A stretch of DNA of 64,000 nucleotides from Candidatus Bathyarchaeota archaeon (GTDB taxonomy: Archaea > Thermoproteota > Bathyarchaeia > Bathyarchaeales > Bathycorpusculaceae), in contig CAVYES010000007.1 in assembly GCA_963767735.1 (NCBI GenBank), forward strand, positions 1-64,000. The letters run 5' to 3'. The notes under the pieces are model-generated. The model was not told where the DNA came from, searched no databases, and saw only the letters and a program-made list of their open reading frames with translations. The position numbers and the translations under genes were made by a program. Below are positions 49,447 to 58,440 of the stretch, in pieces (the stretch's first letter is position 1; each line of letters begins with the position of its first letter).

Positions 49447-49489
49447 AGAAATGTTTATAATGTTCGATATTACTGATTGATAACATCGA
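49447..49489 (+). promoter_or_regulatory. modA promoter: TATA box plus a 9-8-9 palindromic operator (ModE-box-like)
   Basis: AGAAATG-TTTATAA (49454-49460) followed by TCGATATTA-ctgattga-TAACATCGA (49464-49489, arms match 8/9). Confidence 0.65.
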
Positions 49490-49501
49490 GAAGGATGAAA
49501 A

Positions 49502-50353
49502 ATGAACACTAAATATCTCACTATAGCATTAGTAGTAATAATAGTAGTAGCTGGAGCATTAGGCTACATGGCATACAACGGGACATTCTCTGCCAAGAAA
49601 CCCACGCTCATAGTTTTCGCTGCATCAAGCATGATCAACGTCATCGCCAACATGACCCAAGCATTCGAAACAGCAAACAACTGCAAAATAGTAGTTAACT
49701 CTGCCTCATCCAGCACCTTATACACGCAAATCACTTCCGGCTCACCATGCGATATCTTCATGGCAGCTAACAACAAATGGGTCATAGATCTATACAATTC
49801 AAAATCGCTATATCAACAATATTATGATAATTTCACGAAGAATAGCCTTTGCATAATAGTTGCAGCAGGAAACCCGAAAAATATTACATCACTTGCAGAT
49901 TTAGTTAAACCTGGAGTAAGACTAATAGTAGCAGACGCATCAGTACCCGTAGGCGAATACACAAACGACACCGTTTATAACATCGCAACAACATGGGGCA
50001 ACCCGAGCAGCCCACTCTACGTGACCTCAGGCGTTTACCTAAATTACCCAGCGAAATTTGCGGCAAATGTTGTCTCCTATGAAGACACTGACGAAAACAT
50101 AGTTGGAGATGTCTCCCTTAACGTGGGAACAGCTGACGCAGGCATCGTATTTTACTCTGATTGGGCTTACGGCAACATGACACACGAACAAGTGCAGTTC
50201 CTTTCAGTACCTGCTTCTGTAAACACTGTTGGCACCTACGCCATTTGTATACCTAGCGAAGTGAAACAAACAGCTTTAGCACAAGCGTTCGAGAATTATT
50301 GGCTTTCTGCCCAAGGACAAGCTTTACTCACGGAATTTGGGTTCGGAACATAA
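49502..50353 (+). CDS. modA: Molybdate/tungstate ABC substrate-binding protein
   Basis: VFAASS, ASSSTL..QI, DIFMAA, VPVGEY and DAGIVFYSD motifs. Confidence 0.9.
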   Translation: MNTKYLTIALVVIIVVAGALGYMAYNGTFSAKKPTLIVFAASSMINVIANMTQAFETANNCKIVVNSASSSTLYTQITSGSPCDIFMAANNKWVIDLYNSKSLYQQYYDNFTKNSLCIIVAAGNPKNITSLADLVKPGVRLIVADASVPVGEYTNDTVYNIATTWGNPSSPLYVTSGVYLNYPAKFAANVVSYEDTDENIVGDVSLNVGTADAGIVFYSDWAYGNMTHEQVQFLSVPASVNTVGTYAICIPSEVKQTALAQAFENYWLSAQGQALLTEFGFGT

Positions 50354-50406
50354 AAGTGAATATAAGGCGCTTCTTCACGTTTTTTTAACTAACCGGTGTA
50401 AAAATA

Positions 50407-51225
50407 TTGAAGCACACCTTCAGTAATTCGTTATCTGACAAAATTGTACTGGTAATTTTTGGCCTTCTGGTGTTAACTTACTTTCTTTTCGTAACCTTGC
50501 CAATCATAGGAATTTTTTTGAAGATCGAGCCAGGTCAAGTCAACGCTCAACTGCATAACTCCGCGATCATAGACGCCATACAGCTTAGCTTATTTACATC
50601 GGGCATAGCTACTTTAATTGCCCTCGTTTTAACGGTGCCAACTGCTTATTTTATGGCGACAAGAAATTTCCCCGGGAAATCAATCTTAGATACATTGATG
50701 GATTTGCCTATCGTGTTGCCGCCTGCTGTGGCTGGTGTAGTGCTGCTGTATGCTTTCGCGCCGAAGGGACTATTAGGTCCAATATTCAATAGATTGGGAT
50801 TAATTATCCCGGGCAGCACAATAGCAGTTATCATTGCTGAAAGTTTTGTAGCGTCACCCTTCCTCTTAAGATCTGCCAAAATTGGATTCGAAAATATGGA
50901 TAAGGACGTTATTAATAGCGCCAAAATGTTAAGTGGCTCTCGCCTCAGAGTATTTTTCACGATTACTCTTCCTCTGTCGATACGTGCAATAGTTTCTGGA
51001 ACTATGATGACTTGGGCAAGAGCCATGGGAGAGTTCGGCGCAACTTTAATGTTTGCGGGAAACTTGCCGGGTATAACGCAGACGATGCCGCTGGCAATCT
51101 ACGTGTTACTGTATTCTAATCCTTTCGGGGGCATCATGTTAGCAATCATCTTAATCATTATTTCCTTCTCGATTCTTATCGTTGTTAAGCTTCTTGAACA
51201 AAAAAGGTTTGGAGTCAAAAAATGA
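50407..51225 (+). CDS. modB: Molybdate ABC permease
   Basis: DLPIVLPPAVAG and WARAMGEFGATLMFAGNLPGITQTMP motifs. Confidence 0.95.
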   Translation: MKHTFSNSLSDKIVLVIFGLLVLTYFLFVTLPIIGIFLKIEPGQVNAQLHNSAIIDAIQLSLFTSGIATLIALVLTVPTAYFMATRNFPGKSILDTLMDLPIVLPPAVAGVVLLYAFAPKGLLGPIFNRLGLIIPGSTIAVIIAESFVASPFLLRSAKIGFENMDKDVINSAKMLSGSRLRVFFTITLPLSIRAIVSGTMMTWARAMGEFGATLMFAGNLPGITQTMPLAIYVLLYSNPFGGIMLAIILIIISFSILIVVKLLEQKRFGVKK

Positions 51226-52331
51226 TTAGAGTTGATTCAATAAAAAAATCATTTGCGGAAAAAACAGTTATAGAAAACCTAAGTCTTGAAGTAAAAAAAG
51301 AAGAAATCGTATCATTGCTTGGGCCAAACGGCTGCGGAAAAACTACTCTGCTAAACATAATTTCAGGATTAACGAGACAAGATGAGGGCAACATTTACCT
51401 TAACGAGGTTTTAGTCAGCGGGAAAGCGGGCACAAAAAAAGTTCACATTCAGCCTTCGGAGCGCAAAGTTGGCTACGTCTTTCAAACCACATCTCTTTTT
51501 CCGCATATGCGAATTGAAGACAATGTTGCATACGGCTTAAAGTCACTTCATTTTCCTGCACAAGAAGTTAAAAAAAGAACCAATGCTTTGCTTGAGTTTG
51601 TAGGTCTTCGTGAATACGCAAAGTTTTATCCGCATCAACTCAGCGGTGGGCAAAAGCAGCGCATTGCATTGGCAAGGTCTTTAGCTACTGAACCGCAAGT
51701 TCTGTTTTTAGATGAGCCCGTTTCCGCCGTAGATCCTCAATTAAGAGAATCTTTCAGGCTGGAACTCAAAAACTACTTGCAAACACTTAAAATTACCGTG
51801 ATTTACGTGACTCATAACTTGTCTGAAGCGTTTATAATGTCAGACAAGATAGCAGTGATGGGCAATGGACACATAGAACAAATAGGCAACAGAACAGAAA
51901 TCTTTGATAAGCCAAGCTCATCATACGTCGCCCAGTTTCTCGGGATAAACACGTTCAAAGGCAAGGCAGTTAAAACCAATGCGGGACTCTTAGAAATCGA
52001 TGTAAACGGAACAGTACTTTTGGCAGCCCCTATGGTGCCTAATCTGGTTGGAAAAAATGTTATTGCCACAATTAAACCTGAAGACATAATGCTTTCAAAA
52101 TCAGCCGATTTCAATTTTAATCGAGTTTTAGGCAATTCTGTTGAAGGCGTCATAACTGAGATGGTTCAAATGAGATCGAACGCTCAAGTCACAATAGACG
52201 CAGGGTTTCTGTTAAAAACAAGATTATCTTTAAGCGCTATTAAAAATTTAAACCTAAACATAGGGGATAAAGTGAACGTGCGCTTCAACGCTGACGCCTT
52301 AAATGTTTTTGCCGACAACTGCACTGAATAA
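51222..52331 (+). CDS. modC: Molybdate ABC ATPase with a C-terminal TOBE domain
   Basis: GPNGCGKTT, LSGGQKQR, LDEP and VTH motifs. Confidence 0.9.
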   Translation: MIRVDSIKKSFAEKTVIENLSLEVKKEEIVSLLGPNGCGKTTLLNIISGLTRQDEGNIYLNEVLVSGKAGTKKVHIQPSERKVGYVFQTTSLFPHMRIEDNVAYGLKSLHFPAQEVKKRTNALLEFVGLREYAKFYPHQLSGGQKQRIALARSLATEPQVLFLDEPVSAVDPQLRESFRLELKNYLQTLKITVIYVTHNLSEAFIMSDKIAVMGNGHIEQIGNRTEIFDKPSSSYVAQFLGINTFKGKAVKTNAGLLEIDVNGTVLLAAPMVPNLVGKNVIATIKPEDIMLSKSADFNFNRVLGNSVEGVITEMVQMRSNAQVTIDAGFLLKTRLSLSAIKNLNLNIGDKVNVRFNADALNVFADNCTE

Positions 52332-52599
52332 TATTTGGATTATTTGAAATTTTCAGAAAATAAAGAAATTCACTTATCCAGGATTTATTGGCAATTAGGC
52401 AGATTTGCGGCGTTTTTTAGACGTTTCCATCGCAATGGCAGCGGTCTCGCTGTTCTGGGTCGTCAGGTTCCTCGAAGAAACCGAAAAGTTTATGTCTAAT
52501 TTTCTTTTTGGACATTCTGGTTCTCTCGAATTAAAGCGTAGGGCAATGAGTGATATAAACATATTTTTAATTCTTTGTAAATGCGGAATTAATTTTAGA

Positions 52600-53121
52600 T
52601 CAAGTTCGGTTGAAGGTCTTGCTTTTTTTCTCAACTAAATTGGCGAGCTCCCCAGCTTGCGTTAAGCTCTTAAACATCGGAAGCTTGAAGCTCACAGCTT
52701 TCCTCTCTTCCTCTTCGGAATACATTATTAATCCAGAAATTGCGACAACTGAAACATCCAAGTATTGCTTTGCTTCTTCGGCCGTTTTTGCGGCGATGAT
52801 TTTAGGCATGTTTTTTTCTGATTCGAAACCTTCTAAAATAACGTAATCGAAGTCTTCAAAGAAGGGCATAAGCTCCATTATGCGGAGTCTTTTTTTTATG
52901 AAAATTACAGTTTCGTTTCTTGGGGCCGCAGCTATTATTTCTGCTCCTGCACGGGTGTACCTGTCAGTTTCAGTGGCAGGCGTGTCCAAGGTTGGGATGC
53001 GAACCATCTCTTTGATTGCCCCAACATGGTATCCGCGGCGTTTAAGCTCGGCGATTAAATGCTCAATCACCGTCGTTTTTCCCGAGTGTTTTCCACCGAC
53101 AACCGCGACCAGTTTTGGCAT
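52600..53121 (-). CDS. mobB: Molybdopterin-guanine dinucleotide biosynthesis protein B (paralog 1; track start 53214)
   Basis: MPKLVAVVGGKHSGKTT, RGYHVGAIK and DYVILEGF motifs. Confidence 0.85.
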   Translation of the reverse strand: MPKLVAVVGGKHSGKTTVIEHLIAELKRRGYHVGAIKEMVRIPTLDTPATETDRYTRAGAEIIAAAPRNETVIFIKKRLRIMELMPFFEDFDYVILEGFESEKNMPKIIAAKTAEEAKQYLDVSVVAISGLIMYSEEEERKAVSFKLPMFKSLTQAGELANLVEKKSKTFNRT

Positions 53122-53254
53122 TGCTTCACCGTCCAAGCTTGTACCGTGAATGAGCCATATATTGTTTAATGCATAAAAGAAAAAGCGAGAGGCGCAATTT
53201 ATAAAGCCAAGCAAAAGTGATTTTCTGTCAGGAGCGTGAAACCTTACGGTTTTA

Positions 53255-53818
53255 GTGGTTGCCGCGGTCGGCGTTAGCGGTTCAGGAAAAACAGTAACTT
53301 TAGAGTATTTGATTTCTCACCTCTCAGCCGAAGGCTACAAAATCGGCTCAATAAAACATGTCCACCACAAAGGCTTCACCATGGATAGGGAAGGCACCAA
53401 CACCTGGAGATACGCCCAGGCAGGCTCCAAAGTAATTGTGGCGATTTCTCCTGAAGAAATAGACATTATTAAGAAAACCCAGATGGCGCTCAACGATTTA
53501 GACCAAATAATCGCTCTGCTTGAGCAGGAGAAGCTTGATGTTGTTTTCATTGAAGGCTTCCACAGTTTAATCGCTAAAAGACAAGACGTGCCCAAAATAA
53601 TTACTGCTAAAGACCAAAATGGACTAGAGCGGACTTTGGAAGGCACAGTTCAGCCGATCTTGGCGATTGCAGGCATAGTGGCCCAAAACGCGAGCAGCCC
53701 CACCTACACCAATATACCAGTGATTAAGGTTCCTGAAGAAGGGCAAAAACTCGTAGAACTAATCAAAAAACAATTAGAAAAGCCACAGAGCGCACTCACC
53801 AAAAAAATGGGTAACTGA
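53255..53818 (+). CDS. mobB: Molybdopterin-guanine dinucleotide biosynthesis protein B (paralog 2)
   Basis: GVSGSGKT, IKHVHH, DREGTNTWRY..AG and IEGF motifs. Confidence 0.9.
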   Translation: MVAAVGVSGSGKTVTLEYLISHLSAEGYKIGSIKHVHHKGFTMDREGTNTWRYAQAGSKVIVAISPEEIDIIKKTQMALNDLDQIIALLEQEKLDVVFIEGFHSLIAKRQDVPKIITAKDQNGLERTLEGTVQPILAIAGIVAQNASSPTYTNIPVIKVPEEGQKLVELIKKQLEKPQSALTKKMGN

Positions 53819-53827
53819 GGAAACGAC

Positions 53828-54916
53828 ATGACTAAACGGGCTGCACTTATTCTGTCAGGGGGAAAAGCCCGCAGGTTTCAGTCAAAAAACAGAAAATGGG
53901 AAGACAAAGCCCTAGCCGAGCTTGAAGGAAAACCTCTTTTAATTCATGCCATCGAAAGCGTTGAAGACGTTGTTGATGAAATTGCAATATCCGTAAACGA
54001 TGAGGAAAGGAAAGCAAAATATAACCAAATCCTAGAAAAATTTGCTCGTGCAAACATACCGATAGTTGTCGATGAAAAAAATAAGCATGTTGGTGGACCT
54101 AACGTGGCAATCATGTCGGGGTTAAAATCTGTTAAAGCTGATTATTGTCTTACTTTGCCCTGTGACATGCCCTTTCTGCAGCCGTCTGTTGCTGATTACA
54201 TGTTCAGTGAAGCGGAAGGTTTTGAGGTGGTTGTTCCAATGTGGCCTAACGGCAGGCTTGAAACCCTCTTAATGGTTCTTGAACGACGCGGCGGTTTAGA
54301 AATCGCAGACACATTGTGCAAGATGAATCGGCCACGCTCAGACGACATACCTAGGGGCGCCTCCAAAATACTTTTTGCTTCTCCAGTGAATCATATTAAA
54401 ACGCTCGACCCTGAACTTAAAAGCTTCATCAACGTCAACTTTAAAGAAGACTTAAATCAGCCGCAGATCCGCCCTACAAACGGCGCAGTCACAGAAAACT
54501 TACAGGTAAACTTGGGTGTTTTATCAATTTCTGATTTGCAGCACCTTCGAGAAGGCGAAGACATGTTGCTAGCAGGCAAGCTTTCAGAGGCGCAGAACAT
54601 GTTCGCTTCATGCATCAGCAACTTTGAGGTTTCTAACAGCTTTTTTTGGGCAGCTGTTAGCGGAGAAAACCAAGGTGAAGCATTTCTGAGGCTATTTCAA
54701 CGACAGCTTGAAAAGCAAGCGGCTACTGAACTGGATTTTGAGGGCAAAGAAACTTTCCTAAAGGCTGCAAACAACTATCGAGTTGAAGCTGAAATACATG
54801 AAGAAAACCGCTGCTGGCTACTTGCTGAACGGGCATGGGCTGATAAAGCATGGTGTGAATCACGGGCTATGGGAAAACATACCCACGTTCATAGGTACCC
54901 GTCAAAAGCGCCGTGA
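53828..54916 (+). CDS. mobA: Molybdenum cofactor guanylyltransferase with a C-terminal helical extension
   Basis: LILSGGKARRF, DKAL, LPCDMP and FINVN motifs, then ~150 extra residues. Confidence 0.85.
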   Translation: MTKRAALILSGGKARRFQSKNRKWEDKALAELEGKPLLIHAIESVEDVVDEIAISVNDEERKAKYNQILEKFARANIPIVVDEKNKHVGGPNVAIMSGLKSVKADYCLTLPCDMPFLQPSVADYMFSEAEGFEVVVPMWPNGRLETLLMVLERRGGLEIADTLCKMNRPRSDDIPRGASKILFASPVNHIKTLDPELKSFINVNFKEDLNQPQIRPTNGAVTENLQVNLGVLSISDLQHLREGEDMLLAGKLSEAQNMFASCISNFEVSNSFFWAAVSGENQGEAFLRLFQRQLEKQAATELDFEGKETFLKAANNYRVEAEIHEENRCWLLAERAWADKAWCESRAMGKHTHVHRYPSKAP

Positions 54917-54922
54917 ACCAGC

Positions 54923-56200
54923 TTAGGCGATCTGAGCCAATTCCAGTTTTCCGAACAAGCGAACATTTACGTTGGCGCCTTTAGCTAAATTTGTGTGCGG
55001 CGGAATTATTGAGTATCCGTTTGATTTGACAATGGTTGTTAACGCGCTTGAACCGCCCTCAACTTGCTCCGCTAAGAGTTTGTTTTCGGCTCGTTTTAGG
55101 TGAAGGAGCAGAAAACGGTATTGCGGACCAGAATCCACAAATTCAGTTAACTCAGCCGGTAAACATGGAAGCAAACCGTCTCCGCTCAGACCGCAATAGA
55201 GGCGGATTAAGGGAGCTGCAAAAAGGTAAAATCCAGCAATGCAGGACCCGATGTGACCAGGCAACATTACAACTGGCTTCCCTTCAACAATGCCGAAGCC
55301 CGATACAGCGCCCGGTCTCAACGATACGCCTTGCACAACAACGCCTGGTGGGCCAAGATTGTTTACGGCGTCTGGGACAAAATCTTTCATGCCTACCGAT
55401 GTGCCGCCAATCGTTACGACTATATCGGCGTCTGAGAAGGCTTCGCCGATTTTAGCTTGCACTTGATCTAAAGCGTCAGGCATTATTCCTTTCAGCTTCG
55501 CCGTGGCGCCCAATTCAGATGCTATCCCTTCAATGACTAGGGCGTAGTTATTTGCGATTTTTGCTGGGTCTTTTTTACATTGCCTGATTAACTCGTCTCC
55601 ACCCGAGAGAATGGCTATACTGGGTTTTTTGAATACTTCAGCCGCCGACACTCCAATCGAGGCGAGCAAACCAACGTCTTGCGGTCGCAGAACTTGCCCT
55701 TGCTTAAAGATTAACGTGCCTTGTTTAACGTCGTCGCCGAGCGGTATAATGCCCTCTCCTGGCTTTATTTCGCGGATTATTTCGATTTTGTCGCCATTTA
55801 GGCGGGTTTCTTCCGCTTTAACGGTTGATGCTGCTCCTTTGGGTATTGGTGCTCCGCATGCGACGTAAATTGCTTCGCCACTTGCCACTTTGGCGTCAGT
55901 TGGGTAGTCGGCTGGAAACAGCTTCCCCACAACTTTGAAAACGGCGGGCTTTGATGTTGATGCGCCTACGGTGTCTTTTGGGTTGATTGCGTATCCGTCG
56001 ATGAAAGTTTTATCGTAAGCTGGAATGTTAATGTTTGAAACGGCGTTTTGAGCTAAGACTCTGCCTAAAGCTGCCTGTAACTGGACAAATTCAGTGGGCA
56101 ACTTGACTTCGCGCATAGCGTCAAGGAGTTGTTTTTGCGCGTCTAACGGGTTGCCGCGTTTAGGCAGCCTTTTTATGTCTGGTCGATTCATAGCGGTCAC
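54923..56200 (-). CDS. moeA: Molybdopterin molybdo/tungstotransferase
   Basis: ALGRVLA, IDGYA, GAPIPKGA, SGGDEL, GGTSVG..DFVP and MLPG motifs. Confidence 0.9.
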   Translation of the reverse strand: MTAMNRPDIKRLPKRGNPLDAQKQLLDAMREVKLPTEFVQLQAALGRVLAQNAVSNINIPAYDKTFIDGYAINPKDTVGASTSKPAVFKVVGKLFPADYPTDAKVASGEAIYVACGAPIPKGAASTVKAEETRLNGDKIEIIREIKPGEGIIPLGDDVKQGTLIFKQGQVLRPQDVGLLASIGVSAAEVFKKPSIAILSGGDELIRQCKKDPAKIANNYALVIEGIASELGATAKLKGIMPDALDQVQAKIGEAFSDADIVVTIGGTSVGMKDFVPDAVNNLGPPGVVVQGVSLRPGAVSGFGIVEGKPVVMLPGHIGSCIAGFYLFAAPLIRLYCGLSGDGLLPCLPAELTEFVDSGPQYRFLLLHLKRAENKLLAEQVEGGSSALTTIVKSNGYSIIPPHTNLAKGANVNVRLFGKLELAQIA

Positions 56201-56986
56201 CTACAGGATTATTCTTTCGGCTCCAGTGTAAACGTTCATGCGGCATCCACGCACAAACCCTACTAGAGCAATGTTTGCTTTCTCCGCGGAAGAAATGCCT
56301 GAGTTCAAAACCGCGGCCACCGACGCAACGATGGGCAAACCGACTTTCGCCGCCTTGTAAATCATGTCTCCTGGCACACGCCCAGTTATAATCATGAAGC
56401 ACTGGCCGAAATTCTCTTTTTTTAATGACGCCTCGCCGATGACTTTGTCAACAGTGTTGTGCCTTCCCACATCCTCGGAAAATGATACGATTGAGCCATC
56501 TGCTTTGACGATTGCGGAGTCATGCAGACCCCCAGTCTCCTTGAACCCCCGAGCAAGACCGTTGATTTGGATCATTGCATCCAGAATAACTTGGGCTTTA
56601 ATTTTCAGCTGCGATTTTACGACGGGGATTCTCTCGTCATGCTGATAAGCTGAAGTGCTAGCTTTGATTAGTGGGATAATGCGGGTGCTTCGCCGCGAGT
56701 TTTTCATTCGCTCATCCAAATCCACGCTTGCCTTAAGCTTGATGTGGCATGTATACGCTTTTTCTTCGGAGCATAAGGATTCGATTTCGTCAACTGACCT
56801 CAAAATGTCCTCGGCAAGCAAGTAGCCGACTGCAAGCTCCTTAAACTGGGAGGGAGAACACCAAATTACAAACGTGTAAACATCATTCAACGAGATTTGC
56901 AGAGGGACTTCTTCTGCAACACAGTCCTTTGTTTTCTCCGCTTTTCCGGTTGATAAGTCAAGCCTTACCATGTCAACTTGACGCAT
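56201..56986 (-). CDS. fdhD: FdhD-family sulfurtransferase/chaperone (usual catalytic CxxC loop absent)
   Basis: AEEVPL, ELAVGYL, FKETGGLH, EDVGRHNTVDKVIG, TGRV and GFVRG motifs. Confidence 0.9.
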   Translation of the reverse strand: MRQVDMVRLDLSTGKAEKTKDCVAEEVPLQISLNDVYTFVIWCSPSQFKELAVGYLLAEDILRSVDEIESLCSEEKAYTCHIKLKASVDLDERMKNSRRSTRIIPLIKASTSAYQHDERIPVVKSQLKIKAQVILDAMIQINGLARGFKETGGLHDSAIVKADGSIVSFSEDVGRHNTVDKVIGEASLKKENFGQCFMIITGRVPGDMIYKAAKVGLPIVASVAAVLNSGISSAEKANIALVGFVRGCRMNVYTGAERIIL

Positions 56987-57152
56987 AACTTTGTCCTTCT
57001 TCTGTTGTTGTGTTTTGAACTCGGCGGTGTTGATAAGGCATTCGGCTACCCAAATGTTAGATCAACAAGGTTGGCAAATAGAAGAAAATTCAACGGTTAA
57101 AGCAAGAAGAGACAAATAGGCTAAAGGCGGACCTCAAAAGCGTTAAAAAGTG

Positions 57153-57362
57153 CTAAGGCCCGAAAATAACTAAATAGTCTTTGCTCTCTTCTACGGAGAA
57201 CTTGTTCCTTAGAAATATTTCAACATCTTGAAGATTGTAAACGCCTTTAATTTTCAACTCGTAGCTATCAGGCTTTCTTCGGTCTATAAGAACGAAAGAC
57301 GGCTGAATTAAATGTTCAGCTCCTAATTCTTTCAGTAAAGCCACCGTTTCTTCTCTCTTCAT
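57153..57362 (-). CDS. Small hypothetical protein (MKREETVALLKELG...)
   Basis: ATG at 57362 after a GAGTGA SD-like sequence; the upstream part of the track ORF looks non-coding. Confidence 0.55.
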   Translation of the reverse strand: MKREETVALLKELGAEHLIQPSFVLIDRRKPDSYELKIKGVYNLQDVEIFLRNKFSVEESKDYLVIFGP

Positions 57363-57618
57363 ATACACTTCACTCAACCCACTTGAAGGCACTAGACTTA
57401 TAAACAATATTCCCAAAACAACAAACACCCCAAAAGATAACCCAAAACAGAATCCTGCAAACCTACGCCGAGGTATTTCAAAAAAACGATCAAGCCTCGC
57501 CTCCTTACTATTTACAACCAATTCGGCTAAGCAAATAGCAAAACATTAAGCGAAAAACTTGATGGTTTAATAGAAATAGAATCGAGCTTAGCCCGAAAGC
57601 ATTGCCCAAAAAGGAAAT

Positions 57619-58440
57619 TTATAGGTATTTTTCGTATGTTTTTAGTTGTGGGTTGTTGGCTTTTGAGACGAAGATTTTCCCTGTGCCGTGCTCTGCCAAA
57701 TCACCTAGGAATACGTAGAAGGGTCCGTTGACGCTTTGGGTGTCGTCGATTTTGACTTTGGGTTTGACACTGTCGATGGTGAATGTGGGCATTACTTCTG
57801 GGATTGTTCCTGTTATAACGATTTTACCGCCTGTCATGCATGCGCCAGCTCGGGTGTCAACGTCTTTGTCCACCAGGATTGCGCCGTCACTCATGTGGTA
57901 GCCCAAGAATCTGCCAGCGCCGCCAGCAATTTTGAGGACGCCACCATGTAGATAGCATCCGACGTCGCTGCCGACTTTGCCGTCAATAACTATTAAGCCG
58001 CCTTTCATGCCTGTGGCTGTGCCGCGATATGGGGAAGCTAAATAGTCACCCGCGTCCCCATGGACTTCAATTAAGCCGCCCTTCATGTCGTCACCTGACC
58101 ATCCCCCTATGTTGCCGTTTACTGTGATTTTGCCGCCGGCCATTTTTTCGCCTGTGTGCATGCCGCAGTCGCCGTTTACTACGATTTCGCCTGTTTTCAT
58201 GGCTTGGCCGATTCGTTTGACTTTGCCTGCGTCGCCGTTGATGGTTATGTCCGGGGTTGCTGTGTCATCTTGTGTTATTTCGAAGAGGTCGCCGAGTTTT
58301 AGGTTGCGGTTACCTTCAGTGACGGGCAGGTTTGCTATTTCAGCTGTGTCTTTGTCTTTGAAGACGTCTGGGCTGATGCATGCTGCTTGAACTGGCACTT
58401 CGAATTTTCTTTTAGGTACTAAGGTAATCATTTTAGACAC
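57619..58440 (-). CDS. fwdC: Formylmethanofuran dehydrogenase subunit C
   Basis: GxxMxGG beta-helix repeats, YRG..TGMKGG and FLGDLAE motifs. Confidence 0.95.
   Translation of the reverse strand: MSKMITLVPKRKFEVPVQAACISPDVFKDKDTAEIANLPVTEGNRNLKLGDLFEITQDDTATPDITINGDAGKVKRIGQAMKTGEIVVNGDCGMHTGEKMAGGKITVNGNIGGWSGDDMKGGLIEVHGDAGDYLASPYRGTATGMKGGLIVIDGKVGSDVGCYLHGGVLKIAGGAGRFLGYHMSDGAILVDKDVDTRAGACMTGGKIVITGTIPEVMPTFTIDSVKPKVKIDDTQSVNGPFYVFLGDLAEHGTGKIFVSKANNPQLKTYEKYL

Noticed and set aside
57411-57470. Core-like words (CCCAAAACA, CCTGCAA)
   Set aside because: The words are in the wrong order, low complexity, and have no array.
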